NCBI GenBank assembly: GCA_963665815.1
Contig: OY762463.1
Span: forward strand, 1,120,001 to 1,184,000
Direction of reading: 5' to 3'
Length of the DNA stretch: 64,000 nt
Source of the DNA: Candidatus Cloacimonadales bacterium
GTDB taxonomy: Bacteria; Cloacimonadota; Cloacimonadia; Cloacimonadales; JAIOQZ01
How positions within the stretch are numbered: the first letter of the stretch is position 1; the number at the start of each line of letters is the position of its first letter. The position numbers were made by a program, and so were the translations under genes. The notes beneath the pieces are model-generated. The model saw only the letters and a list, made by a program, of their open reading frames with translations. It was not told the origin of the DNA and ran no database searches. Of this stretch, positions 28,534 to 38,346 are shown piece by piece.

Positions 28534-29772
28534 ATGGCAAAGATTAAACCTTTTAAAGGTGTACGTCCGGCAGAAGACAAAGTTAAAGAAGTTGCATCAC
28601 CTCCATACGATGTAATGAATTCTGCTGAAGCAAGAGTAATGGCGAAAGACAAACCAATGAGTTTTCTTCACGTTGTTAAACCTGAAATTGATCTTCCTGA
28701 AGATATCAATATCTATGATGAAAAAGTATATCAGAAAGGACATGACAATCTTTATAACATGATTAAAGAAAACGTTCTCATTCAGGACAATAAAGACTGT
28801 TACTACCTTTACAAACAAGTTATGGGCGATCATTCTCAGATCGGTCTTGTAGCCGGTGCTTCAATTGAAGACTACGAAAACGATGTTATTAAAAAACACG
28901 AACATACAAGAGCTAATAAAGAAGCTGACAGAATCAAACACGTTGATACACTCAACGCTAACACAGGTCCTGTATTCCTTACTTACAAAGCTGTAGAAGA
29001 AATTGATACACTTGTAGCAAGAATCACAGCAGAAAAACCTGTATACGATTTCACATCAGATGATGATATTCAGCACGTATTCTGGGTTGTTGATGCAGAT
29101 GAAGATATCAATGAAATCTCCAGACTTTTCGGTGCAATCGATGTACTTTATGTTGCAGACGGTCACCACAGATCAGCTTCCGGTACAAAAGTCGGTCAGA
29201 AAAGAAGAGAAGCAAACGCCAACCACACCGGCGAAGAAGAATATAACTTCTTCCTTTCCGTTATCTTCCCTGACAATCAGATGTATATCATGGATTATAA
29301 CAGAGTTGTAAAAGATCTGAATAATCACACTAACGAAGAATACCTTGAGCTGATTTCTGAAAAGTTCGAAGTAAAGGAAGTCGGTAATGGCTTCAGCCCG
29401 ACTGAAATGCATACATTCGGTATGTACTTCAACGGTCAATGGTACAAACTTACAGCTAAAGACGGTACATTCCCTGAAAGCGATCCTGTGAAATCACTTG
29501 ATGTATCTATTCTTCAGGAAAACCTTCTGACTCCTGTTCTAGCAATCGGAAATCCTCGTACAGACGAAAGAATCGATTTCGTTGGTGGTATCAGAGGACT
29601 CGGCGAACTGGAAAAAAGAGTTAATAATGGTGAAGCTGTTGCATTCTCCATGTGCCCTACATCAATCAAACAATTAATGGATATTGCTGATGCAGGAGAA
29701 GTTATGCCTCCTAAATCAACCTGGTTTGAACCAAAATTAAGATCAGGTGTAATTGTCCACTTGTTAGACTAA
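28534..29772 (+). CDS. DUF1015 family protein
   Basis: IKPFKGVRP, SPPYDV, IKKHEHT, YVADGHHRSA, MPPKSTWFEPKLRSG. Confidence 0.9.
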   Translation: MAKIKPFKGVRPAEDKVKEVASPPYDVMNSAEARVMAKDKPMSFLHVVKPEIDLPEDINIYDEKVYQKGHDNLYNMIKENVLIQDNKDCYYLYKQVMGDHSQIGLVAGASIEDYENDVIKKHEHTRANKEADRIKHVDTLNANTGPVFLTYKAVEEIDTLVARITAEKPVYDFTSDDDIQHVFWVVDADEDINEISRLFGAIDVLYVADGHHRSASGTKVGQKRREANANHTGEEEYNFFLSVIFPDNQMYIMDYNRVVKDLNNHTNEEYLELISEKFEVKEVGNGFSPTEMHTFGMYFNGQWYKLTAKDGTFPESDPVKSLDVSILQENLLTPVLAIGNPRTDERIDFVGGIRGLGELEKRVNNGEAVAFSMCPTSIKQLMDIADAGEVMPPKSTWFEPKLRSGVIVHLLD

Positions 29773-29781
29773 TATTTTTTT

Positions 29782-29810
29782 ATGGGATTCCCGAAAGGGG
29801 ATCCCATTTT
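29782..29810 (+). terminator. Terminator with GAAA tetraloop
   Basis: ATGGGATTCCC-GAAA-GGGGATCCCAT-TTT. Confidence 0.75.
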
Positions 29811-29857
29811 GCATCATAATAATTCCTTACTCAGGGACAATAAAAAACGGAGTTTAA

Positions 29858-30241
29858 ATGAAAATCGAAGTATCAACAGGTGAAGTAGTAGACAAAGTTT
29901 CTATTCTGGAAATCAAGCTGGAAAAATTCACCAACGAAGAAAAGAAGAAAAACGTAAAAAAAGAATATGAACTTCTCAAAGCTGATATGGAAGCTCAGGG
30001 AATAACAACAGATTCAGAAAACTATCTTGCTCTTAAAAAAGTTAATCTGCAGTTATGGGATATTGAAGATAACATCAGAATCAAAGAACACCGCAGTGAG
30101 TTTGATCAGAAATTCATCGAACTTGCCAGAAGTGTGTACTTTACAAATGATGTAAGAGCCGATATTAAAAAGAAAATCAACATGGAATTTAATTCTGATC
30201 TCGTAGAAGAGAAAGAATACGTAGATTACAAACAGGCTTAA
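29858..30241 (+). CDS. DUF6165 family protein
   Basis: EVSTGEVVDKVSILEIK...LWDIEDNIR...FIELARSVYFTNDVR...VEEKEY. Confidence 0.8.
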   Translation: MKIEVSTGEVVDKVSILEIKLEKFTNEEKKKNVKKEYELLKADMEAQGITTDSENYLALKKVNLQLWDIEDNIRIKEHRSEFDQKFIELARSVYFTNDVRADIKKKINMEFNSDLVEEKEYVDYKQA

Positions 30242-30253
30242 TATTAAACAGAA

Positions 30254-31255
30254 ATGACAGCTATAACAGATATATCAAAAATACTGATCATTCAGCTGCG
30301 ACCTTTCGGTGATGTTCTTCTTACAACATCTTACCTTTCAGCAATCAGAGAGAAATATCCTTCTGCTCAAATTGATTTCCTTGTTTCCAAGCCCTATGAC
30401 AGCATCCTGATCAATAATCCATACATTGACAATGTCATAAGTGTATCAAAGCATAAAGGTCTGAAGTACTTTTTCAGCAGATTAAAACTATTTGCTAAAG
30501 TCAGCAAAATGAATTATGATCTGGTTATAGATCAACAAAATGGAACAGGTACAGCTCAAATCTGTTTTCTCAGTGGAGCACCTTACAGGCTTGGCTATGA
30601 AGACAGCAAACACCGATATGCTCACAATCTCCATGCTTCGAGAGGTGAAAAACGGTATGCAGCAAGCAGAAAATTCGATATAATTTCACCGCTTGGAATT
30701 GAAGAAGAGAAGTATAACCTTTACTATTATATTTCACCGGACTCTGTCTCTTATGTCGATAACTGGTTTTCTAAAAATAACCTTAATTCAGATGTAATCT
30801 GTTTCTCTCCCGGATCTCCTGTTAAGAAAAAGCAGTGGGACTTGAGTTCTTATGCAGAATCTGCTGATATGATAATCAGGGATTTGAAGATACCTGTTGT
30901 TTTCCTCTGGGCCCCCAATGAACTGGATGATGTCAAAACCATTATGACTAAAATGAAGGAAAAAGCATTACTTGCACCTCCAACAAGCTTTAATCAGGCT
31001 GCTGCATTTCTTCAGAAAGTTTCTTTACTGGTTTGCAATGATGGCGGTTTGAATCATTTGTCAGTTGCTACACAAACTGCGGCACTGGCGATTTTCGGTA
31101 ATACAAATCCTGAATACTGGTCACCACAGGGTACTTTTGACAATCATTTTCATCTTTTCAATCCGGATTTTGAGAGAATGACAGACTCAACTTTTGGAAT
31201 TAAATCTGAAGAAGTAGTTAAAAAAGTTAAAACAATTTTGCAAAACATAAAATAG
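30254..31255 (+). CDS. GT9 glycosyltransferase (LPS heptosyltransferase-like)
   Basis: KILIIQLRPFGDVLLT, YDLVID, KKQW, VCNDGGLNHLS, IFGNTNP. Confidence 0.9.
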   Translation: MTAITDISKILIIQLRPFGDVLLTTSYLSAIREKYPSAQIDFLVSKPYDSILINNPYIDNVISVSKHKGLKYFFSRLKLFAKVSKMNYDLVIDQQNGTGTAQICFLSGAPYRLGYEDSKHRYAHNLHASRGEKRYAASRKFDIISPLGIEEEKYNLYYYISPDSVSYVDNWFSKNNLNSDVICFSPGSPVKKKQWDLSSYAESADMIIRDLKIPVVFLWAPNELDDVKTIMTKMKEKALLAPPTSFNQAAAFLQKVSLLVCNDGGLNHLSVATQTAALAIFGNTNPEYWSPQGTFDNHFHLFNPDFERMTDSTFGIKSEEVVKKVKTILQNIK

Positions 31256-31288
31256 TAATAAATTATCTTAAAAAGATAAGAGACTAAG

Positions 31289-31975
31289 ATGAAAACAATA
31301 CTAATTATTGATGACAACAAAGATAATCGGATTCAGATAAGTGAAATCATCGACAAAATGGATGAGGACTACACAATACTTGAAGCTAATGATAGTAATT
31401 CAGCCTTAGAGATGCTAAACAGACAGAAAATTGATCTGGTTTTTATTGATATCATGCTTCCCGGAAAATCAGGTCCTATGCTCTGTGTAGTACTCAAAGA
31501 ACAGAGAAGATTTGTTCCGATAATTGCAATCTCTACTCATGATGATAATAAAATGATCAGAGAAAACATTTTAACAGCCGGAGCTGATGATATCATACGT
31601 AAACCGTTTATCGAAGAAGTTATCCAGATGCGTGTTCGATCTTATTTACGATTTAAAGAAAATAATGACAGGCTTATCGAAAAGGAAAAGCAGACTCTCG
31701 CCCTTACACTGGCAGTAACAGCCAGTCATGAAATTAATCAGCCCCTTATGATTCTCAAGGGGAATATAGATCTTCTCAAACTGAAGATAGACAAAAATGA
31801 ATATTCAAACTCTATTTCAAAATATCTTGATCATATTGATACAAGCATAAACCGTATTACAGAAATTCTGGCAAAATTCAATAATCTCAGGGATTCTAAT
31901 CTGATTTTTGATGAATATATTGAAGACTCTGCTGAGATGGTATTCATTTTAAAAAGTACAAAAGACAAATCCTGA
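31289..31975 (+). CDS. REC + HisKA (DHp) protein lacking a HATPase domain
   Basis: REC (IIDDN, IDIMLP, RKP); TASHEINQPLMIL; stop about 80 aa after the His. Confidence 0.8.
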   Translation: MKTILIIDDNKDNRIQISEIIDKMDEDYTILEANDSNSALEMLNRQKIDLVFIDIMLPGKSGPMLCVVLKEQRRFVPIIAISTHDDNKMIRENILTAGADDIIRKPFIEEVIQMRVRSYLRFKENNDRLIEKEKQTLALTLAVTASHEINQPLMILKGNIDLLKLKIDKNEYSNSISKYLDHIDTSINRITEILAKFNNLRDSNLIFDEYIEDSAEMVFILKSTKDKS

Positions 31976-32256
31976 TAATATCTGCTGAAAATATACTGAG
32001 AATCCCCATAAAACTCATCCTTTTTACACACATTTATTCATTCTGAAATACTTATATATCAACGATTTTCAGGAACCACTCATATGATATTGAGAAGATT
32101 GTTGACAAATTTAACTTTATATAGGGATAGTCGATCAAAACTAATAGATAGCTTTGTATTGTAAAATCAGGCTTTTATATGTAAAATTCTAATCTGAAAA
32201 TCGGATTTTTTACAAAGAGTCTTTATAAGTGCGAAGTAATTTCATCGGAGTGTAGC

Positions 32257-33003
32257 TTGAAACATAAAACTTACGATAAACTCGTTAAAATGGCTGCTGA
32301 ACAGGCAAATTATGTATGCTTAATAGATCCAGACAGTACTGATGTAAGAGAATCAGTTGATCTTGCTGTTAAGTGTGAGAAATACGGTGCAGATATTATT
32401 CTGGTGGGAGGCTCTATTATGCTTCACAACAGATTCAGGGATACTCTCCGTGCCATAAAAAATGCAGTAAGCATACCAGTATTAATTTTCCCGGGTGTTT
32501 TCGAATTTGTCAGCCCGGATGCAGATGCTCTTTTACTGTTGAGTGTTGTTTCCAGCAGAAACGCTCAGATGCTGATAGGCGATCAGGTAAGATCTGCTCC
32601 ACTCATCAAATCTACTGGAGTAGAAGCAATTGGTACAGCTTATATGCTCATTGAATCAGGCAGTTTGAGCTCTGTTCAATACATGAGTTACAGCATTCCA
32701 ATTCCAAGAGAGAAACACGATATTGCTGTAGCCCATGCACTCGCAGCTCAATATCTTGGTTTTAGACTGCTTTATATGGACGCAGGAAGTGGTGCTGATT
32801 ATTCAATATCACCTGAAATGATAAAAAGAGTGAAACAAAATACCGAACTTCCACTTTTTATAGGTGGTGGTATAAGAACGCCCGAGGATGCATACAGCAA
32901 AGCTGAAGCAGGTGCTGATTTTATTGTTACCGGTACTTCCATAGAAAATACAAAAGACCATGGACTGATCAAAGCTTTTGCAGATGCAATCCACAAGAGG
33001 TAA
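32257..33003 (+). CDS. Geranylgeranylglyceryl/heptaprenylglyceryl phosphate synthase (group II GGGPS, PcrB family)
   Basis: LIDPD, LVGGS, IFPG, SSRNAQMLIGDQV, YMLIESG, YMDAGSGA, GGGIR, GADFIVTGT; TTG start after GGAG. Confidence 0.9.
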   Translation: MKHKTYDKLVKMAAEQANYVCLIDPDSTDVRESVDLAVKCEKYGADIILVGGSIMLHNRFRDTLRAIKNAVSIPVLIFPGVFEFVSPDADALLLLSVVSSRNAQMLIGDQVRSAPLIKSTGVEAIGTAYMLIESGSLSSVQYMSYSIPIPREKHDIAVAHALAAQYLGFRLLYMDAGSGADYSISPEMIKRVKQNTELPLFIGGGIRTPEDAYSKAEAGADFIVTGTSIENTKDHGLIKAFADAIHKR

Positions 33004-33004
33004 T

Positions 33005-33805
33005 ATGATAGATATCCATACACATATATGTCCCGGTATAGATGACGGATCATCATCTCCCGAAGAATCAGTTAAAGCTCTGGCAAAAATGGCTGAACTT
33101 GGTGTTACAGATGTATTCATGAGTCCTCACTATCTGCCCGGTCATTATGAAAATACTTCTGAAGTTGTAATTCCAATAATGGAAGATTTGAAAGAAAGAC
33201 TTCATGCAGAAGATGTAAAAATTAATCTTCACCAGGCAGCAGAAGTATTTATGTCCCATAATATTGTAGTTGAAATAGTTGCCAACCAACTTGCTATGGC
33301 AGATTCCCAATACGTTCTCGTAGAAATGGACATGAATAATATTCCGGTAAATCTCAATGATATCCTGTATCAAATTGTTCTTGCCGGCTTCTACCCAATT
33401 CTTGCTCATCCGGAAAGATATATGGGAGTACAGCAAAACAACTCTTTAATTGAGGATCTTATATACAGAAATGTGTATATGCAGGTTAACTCAGGTAGTC
33501 TTCTTGGTATGTATGGAAAACAGGCACATGATACAGCCTGGTTCATGGTGGAAAACGGATATGTCCATTTCATGGGTTCAGATTACCATTGTCATGGAAA
33601 AACTTATACTTTGATTGAAGCTAAAAATGCTATTGCTGAACATGTAGATGAATATACTGCTAACCTGCTTACAAAAATAAATCCAGCCAAGATATTATCC
33701 GGTGAAAAAGTAGATCTGCACTATCTGAAACTTGTAGATGAATATAGAAAAGAGCATAAAAAGAAAACTTGGAAAGACAAACTGAAAGGGCTTTTATGGA
33801 GCTAA
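33005..33805 (+). CDS. CpsB/CapC family PHP-fold tyrosine phosphatase
   Basis: MIDIHTHICPGIDDGS, SPH, YVLVE, ILAHPERY, GSDYH; ATG 33005 lies 1 nt after the GGGPS stop. Confidence 0.9.
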   Translation: MIDIHTHICPGIDDGSSSPEESVKALAKMAELGVTDVFMSPHYLPGHYENTSEVVIPIMEDLKERLHAEDVKINLHQAAEVFMSHNIVVEIVANQLAMADSQYVLVEMDMNNIPVNLNDILYQIVLAGFYPILAHPERYMGVQQNNSLIEDLIYRNVYMQVNSGSLLGMYGKQAHDTAWFMVENGYVHFMGSDYHCHGKTYTLIEAKNAIAEHVDEYTANLLTKINPAKILSGEKVDLHYLKLVDEYRKEHKKKTWKDKLKGLLWS

Positions 33806-34770
33806 AGAAAAAGGTTCTTATTACCGGAGTTACTGGATTTATTGGCAGAAACTTCCTTAAACTGATTATCAACAGAAATTACGAGATTCATGTTCTTGTA
33901 AGACCTGATACATCTTCGAAAAGATATGCCGAATTTGAAAACTCAGTCACAATCCATGAGATTGATCTGACAGATATAAAAAAACTTAAACTTTTCCTGT
34001 CAAAGCATACTTTTAATACAATCGTACACATCGGAGCGTTAAGAGGTGGTAGAAAATTCTCGAAAGAAGACTATTATAAAGCTAATGTCGAAGCCACAGA
34101 ACAACTCATGTACAATGCTCTTGAGCATCAGACTAAATTCATTTTCTGTTCATCTGTTGGAGTTTTCGGCGCTATTCCTAAAGAACTTCCGGCATCAAAT
34201 CTGACAGAAAAGCAGGAAGATAATTATTACCATTATACAAAGATTAAATCGGAACAGATACTTCAGAATCTTGTAATGCAAGGGCTTAACGCAATTGTCC
34301 TCAGACCTGCTATTACATATGGTCCGGGGGATTATGGTTTCCCTTATACACTTACAAAACTGATAGATAAAAAACTGCTTTTTCTGCCCGATAAGAACTT
34401 TAAAATACATATGACGAATGTTAACCTTATGGCTGAATCCTTTGTTAAAGCTATGGATATTGACCTTAGATCAGGTTCTGAATACAATATTGCTGACAGA
34501 AAACCTGTTGAGTTCTATGAGATAGTGAATGCAATATCAAAACGTATTCATGGAAGTGATTATCCTGAATCTCGATACATCAAGCAGGAATACTTTACTT
34601 TCTTCGAGAATGTTGCAAGATTCTTCAAAAATGAGTTATGGATTGCACGATTTGAGTTAATATCTAAAAGCTGGTATTTTGATGTCGAAAACAGCTACAA
34701 AGACCTGAAATTAGACTCAGGAAAAACCACAAATGATTTCATGTCAGTCGTTGACTGGTATAAGAAATAA
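33796..34770 (+). CDS. NAD-dependent epimerase/dehydratase (extended SDR)
   Basis: ITGVTGFIG, CSSVGVFG, YHYTK (YxxxK), LRPAITYGP. Confidence 0.88.
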   Translation: MELKKKVLITGVTGFIGRNFLKLIINRNYEIHVLVRPDTSSKRYAEFENSVTIHEIDLTDIKKLKLFLSKHTFNTIVHIGALRGGRKFSKEDYYKANVEATEQLMYNALEHQTKFIFCSSVGVFGAIPKELPASNLTEKQEDNYYHYTKIKSEQILQNLVMQGLNAIVLRPAITYGPGDYGFPYTLTKLIDKKLLFLPDKNFKIHMTNVNLMAESFVKAMDIDLRSGSEYNIADRKPVEFYEIVNAISKRIHGSDYPESRYIKQEYFTFFENVARFFKNELWIARFELISKSWYFDVENSYKDLKLDSGKTTNDFMSVVDWYKK

Positions 34771-34784
34771 GGGAAAAGACAATT

Positions 34785-35621
34785 ATGGCTATACCTATCA
34801 TACATTTCTGGGATAAATATTACAGTAACCCTGATGAAGGACTTGGTTCATCCTATGAACGAGTTATAATAAATGATTTTATGCTCAAGATCGTTAAGGA
34901 TTACAGAGTCAAAACAGTTCTGGAAACTCCGTCCTTCGGTTTCACGGGAATATCCGGTATAAACAGTATGGAGCTTGCTTCAAATGGTTGCAAAGTGACA
35001 ATTCAGGATCATCACGAAGAAAGGCTTGAGAAGATCCGTGATTTCTGGGATAATACCGGACTTAATCTAAGAGCAGACCTGAACGACAAATACAACGAGC
35101 TTCAGTATGACAATAACAGTTATGATCTCAGCTGGAACTTCTCAGCACTCTGGTTTGTCGATGATCTGGAAAGCTACCTGAGAGAATTATGCAGAGTCAC
35201 TAAAAGAGTAATTGTGCTATGCGTACCTAACAGATCTGGTATCGGATATCTTTCACAGAAATACTCTGGCAAAAATGATCTGAAAAAATACTTGAAAGAA
35301 GCACACATAATCCCGGCAAACTTCATAAAGCTTATGAAGCTGAATGGCTGGGAACTTGTAATGAAAAGCTATATAGACTGCCCTCCATGGCCAGATATTG
35401 GCATGCCTAAAGCAAAATTCCTCAAAAAGTTCGGGCTTGGAGCTCTGGTAAAAGAGGAAGAACCGGAACCTGTAAGCATAGCTGATTATTATTTTGGCAA
35501 AGACAATTCCTTCCCTGAGAAAATGCGAAAATACAGTTTCGTGGAAAAATTGGCTCCGGACACTTTCAAATTCTTCTGGGCTCATCACAAGTATTTCGTT
35601 TTTGAGCCGGAAAAGGATTAA
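34785..35621 (+). CDS. Atypical class I SAM-dependent methyltransferase-like protein
   Basis: LQYDNNSYDLSWNFSALWFV...LRELCRVTK...VPN are typical of later class I motifs; motif I is atypical (VLETPSFGFTG). Confidence 0.65.
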   Translation: MAIPIIHFWDKYYSNPDEGLGSSYERVIINDFMLKIVKDYRVKTVLETPSFGFTGISGINSMELASNGCKVTIQDHHEERLEKIRDFWDNTGLNLRADLNDKYNELQYDNNSYDLSWNFSALWFVDDLESYLRELCRVTKRVIVLCVPNRSGIGYLSQKYSGKNDLKKYLKEAHIIPANFIKLMKLNGWELVMKSYIDCPPWPDIGMPKAKFLKKFGLGALVKEEEPEPVSIADYYFGKDNSFPEKMRKYSFVEKLAPDTFKFFWAHHKYFVFEPEKD

Positions 35622-35622
35622 T

Positions 35623-36339
35623 ATGACTGAAACTGCTTATTACAACGAATACTGGGAAAAGCATAAGCTGAATGAACTCTCGGCTTACTCCAAATGGAAA
35701 ATGTCTTGTTTGACTAAACTTAAGCTGTCAGGCGACACAATCGTTGATATAGGATGTGGCAGCGGAATTCTTTCTGCACCGTTTACAAACGAATTCAAAG
35801 TATATGGACTGGATCTGTCTTCTGAAGCACTTGAACTGGCAAAGAATAGAGGATTGAATCCTGTAAAACTGGAAAATCAGGACACCAGTCTAACTTTTGA
35901 GAGCGATTCCATTGACCATGTATTCTGTTTTGATGTTCTTGAACATTTATTCGCTCCTGAGCATACAGTAAAAGAAGTTTATAGAATACTTAAACCGGGT
36001 GGAACATTTCATGTTGTTGTGCCAAACATACTTAATATAATTAACAGACTGCACTTTCTCATGGGAGAATTTGTTGATGTAATGGATGTTTCTCATCTGA
36101 ATAATGAACTTTTTTCGGAACATATCAGACCTTTTTCCAAGAAGAAGCTTACTTACATTCTGGAAAAACATGGTTTCAGAATTTTCAATAAACAAAACTA
36201 TTTCCCAGCATCATTTGAGGAAGAATCCTGGAAGAAGATTCAGGTAATCGGTAACCTGATGAACTCCTTGAATATTCCTGATTTATTCCCTTCATTATTT
36301 GCACTGGGATTTTTTTATTCAAGCAAAAAGATTAAATGA
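35623..36339 (+). CDS. Class I SAM-dependent methyltransferase
   Basis: IVDIGCGSG, GLDLS, FDVLEHL, RILKPGG, VPN; start at ATG 35623. Confidence 0.9.
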   Translation: MTETAYYNEYWEKHKLNELSAYSKWKMSCLTKLKLSGDTIVDIGCGSGILSAPFTNEFKVYGLDLSSEALELAKNRGLNPVKLENQDTSLTFESDSIDHVFCFDVLEHLFAPEHTVKEVYRILKPGGTFHVVVPNILNIINRLHFLMGEFVDVMDVSHLNNELFSEHIRPFSKKKLTYILEKHGFRIFNKQNYFPASFEEESWKKIQVIGNLMNSLNIPDLFPSLFALGFFYSSKKIK

Positions 36340-37322
36340 AAAAAAATACTATTTACCTGATTCTTACAATCCTGGCAGGAGTTCTGCTCTTTTTCATATG
36401 GATGCAATTTGTAGATCTTTCTGAACTACGACAGCATCTTAAATCTGCAAGAGTTGATTATCTGCTGTTAATGATTTTGTTTTATATTCTATCCTATTTT
36501 ATTCGATCACAACGTTGGAGAACTCTTTTAAAACCTCTTGTAAAAATCTCACCGTACAGATGCTTTCTATTGTGGACAGCAGGAAATTTCATAAATTACC
36601 TGGTTCCCATAAGAGCCGGTGAATTAGGAAAAAGCATCTTTCTAAAAAAAACAAACAAAGTTCCGGTTTCGGAATCACTGCCTTCCGTGTTCATTGATAA
36701 GATGTTTGATATGCTCTCAGTATTTGTTGTTCTGACTATTATTCCATTTCTGAACATTACACTCCCAAAAGCAATCTTATGGTTGATTGTTATGGTTGTA
36801 ATTGTTTTTATGACAGCATTGTTTGTTCTTATTATGGCAGCATTCAATAAAGAATTGATCATCAGGATTCTGCATAAGCTTTTTTTCTGGGTTCCGGCAA
36901 AATTCGAAGAAAAAGTAAAAAGCGTTATTGAGCTTTTTATTCATGGTCTGTCTTTGTTCAGAGAGCACAAGTTTATGATACCGAAAGTTATTGTTTTATC
37001 TTTGGTTGCAACAGCCACAGATGGACTTTTCTTCTATTTCGTTGTCAGAGCATTTCAGGTATCAATCAGCTATTTCAAAGTTCTGTTTGGTTATACACTT
37101 TTAAATCTATCATACATTTTCCCGCATCCACCGGTTCAACTTGGATCAAATGAACTTATTGTCGGCGTGATCTTCCATAATGGATTCGGATTAGATAAAA
37201 ATCTTGTTGCAGCAATAACAGTTACAGCTCATTTGCTGACAGGAATTGTTATAATATCTATCGGCTTATTCGCTATTGGATATTTAGGGCTTAAACTATT
37301 TGACAAAAAGAAATCCAACTGA
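36336..37322 (+). CDS. Lysylphosphatidylglycerol synthase TM-domain / UPF0104 flippase-like membrane protein
   Basis: Multiple TM helices; IRSQRWRTLL, FINYLVPIRAGELGK, DKMFD, PVQLGSNE. Confidence 0.85.
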   Translation: MKKNTIYLILTILAGVLLFFIWMQFVDLSELRQHLKSARVDYLLLMILFYILSYFIRSQRWRTLLKPLVKISPYRCFLLWTAGNFINYLVPIRAGELGKSIFLKKTNKVPVSESLPSVFIDKMFDMLSVFVVLTIIPFLNITLPKAILWLIVMVVIVFMTALFVLIMAAFNKELIIRILHKLFFWVPAKFEEKVKSVIELFIHGLSLFREHKFMIPKVIVLSLVATATDGLFFYFVVRAFQVSISYFKVLFGYTLLNLSYIFPHPPVQLGSNELIVGVIFHNGFGLDKNLVAAITVTAHLLTGIVIISIGLFAIGYLGLKLFDKKKSN

Positions 37323-37344
37323 CAAATCAACATGAGGAAAAAAA

Positions 37345-38346
37345 ATGAGTAATACAAAAGAAATCTATAATAACATAAATAATTGTAAAGAGAAAATTCT
37401 CAAAGAAATCGAAAAAGTAATAATCGGTCAGAAACAAGTTGTTGAAGAACTTCTGATTGTTTTGTTTTCGGGAGGTCACTGTGTAATTGAAGGTGTTCCC
37501 GGATTAGCTAAAACACTGATGATTTCATCCTTGTCCGAACTTCTTCATTTGAAATTCAAGCGTATTCAGTTTACACCTGACCTGATGCCTTCTGACATAA
37601 CCGGTACAGATATTCTTGCTGAAAATAAAGCAGATGGAAAGAAATATTTTCAATTCATTAAAGGTCCTGTGTTCTCCAATATTATACTCGCAGATGAGAT
37701 TAACAGAACACCTCCTAAAACTCAAGCGGCTCTTTTGCAGGCAATGCAGGAAAATGAAGTCACCATAGGGAATGAAACCTTTAAGCTTGATAAACCCTTC
37801 ATAGTTCTTGCAACACAGAATCCTATTGAACAGGAAGGTACATATCCTTTACCTGAAGCTCAGTTAGATAGATTCATGTTCCAGATTAAGATTGATTATC
37901 CAACATTCGAAGAAGAAATCGCAATTGTAAACTCCACAACATCGGGAGTAACTCAAAATATTGAGGCAGTTGTAACATCTGAAGAAATTCTTAAGTTCCA
38001 GCAGGCAATAAGAGAACTTCCTGTCAGTGAACACGTTGTTGACTATGCAGTGAGACTTGTCAGATCAACAAGACCTTCTTCCGATCAATGCCCGGATAAC
38101 TTGAGAAAATTCATCAGCTGGGGTGCCGGACCACGTGCATCACAATTCCTTATTGCAGGGGCTAAAACCAGAGCTGCTCTGGATGGCAGGTTATCCCCCT
38201 CAGTTGACGATATAAAAAAAATCGCACATTTAGTACTCAGACATAGAATTATCATTACTTTTGCCGCCGAAGCAGAAGGAATGTCTAAAGAAGAAATTAT
38301 CAGTGAACTACTCACATCAGCAGAAAAGCACCAGAGGAAACAATGA
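37345..38346 (+). CDS. MoxR family AAA+ ATPase
   Basis: EGVPGLAKT, RIQFTPDLMPSDITG, LADEINRTPPKTQAALL, ATQNPIEQEGTYPLPEAQLDRF. Confidence 0.95.
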   Translation: MSNTKEIYNNINNCKEKILKEIEKVIIGQKQVVEELLIVLFSGGHCVIEGVPGLAKTLMISSLSELLHLKFKRIQFTPDLMPSDITGTDILAENKADGKKYFQFIKGPVFSNIILADEINRTPPKTQAALLQAMQENEVTIGNETFKLDKPFIVLATQNPIEQEGTYPLPEAQLDRFMFQIKIDYPTFEEEIAIVNSTTSGVTQNIEAVVTSEEILKFQQAIRELPVSEHVVDYAVRLVRSTRPSSDQCPDNLRKFISWGAGPRASQFLIAGAKTRAALDGRLSPSVDDIKKIAHLVLRHRIIITFAAEAEGMSKEEIISELLTSAEKHQRKQ

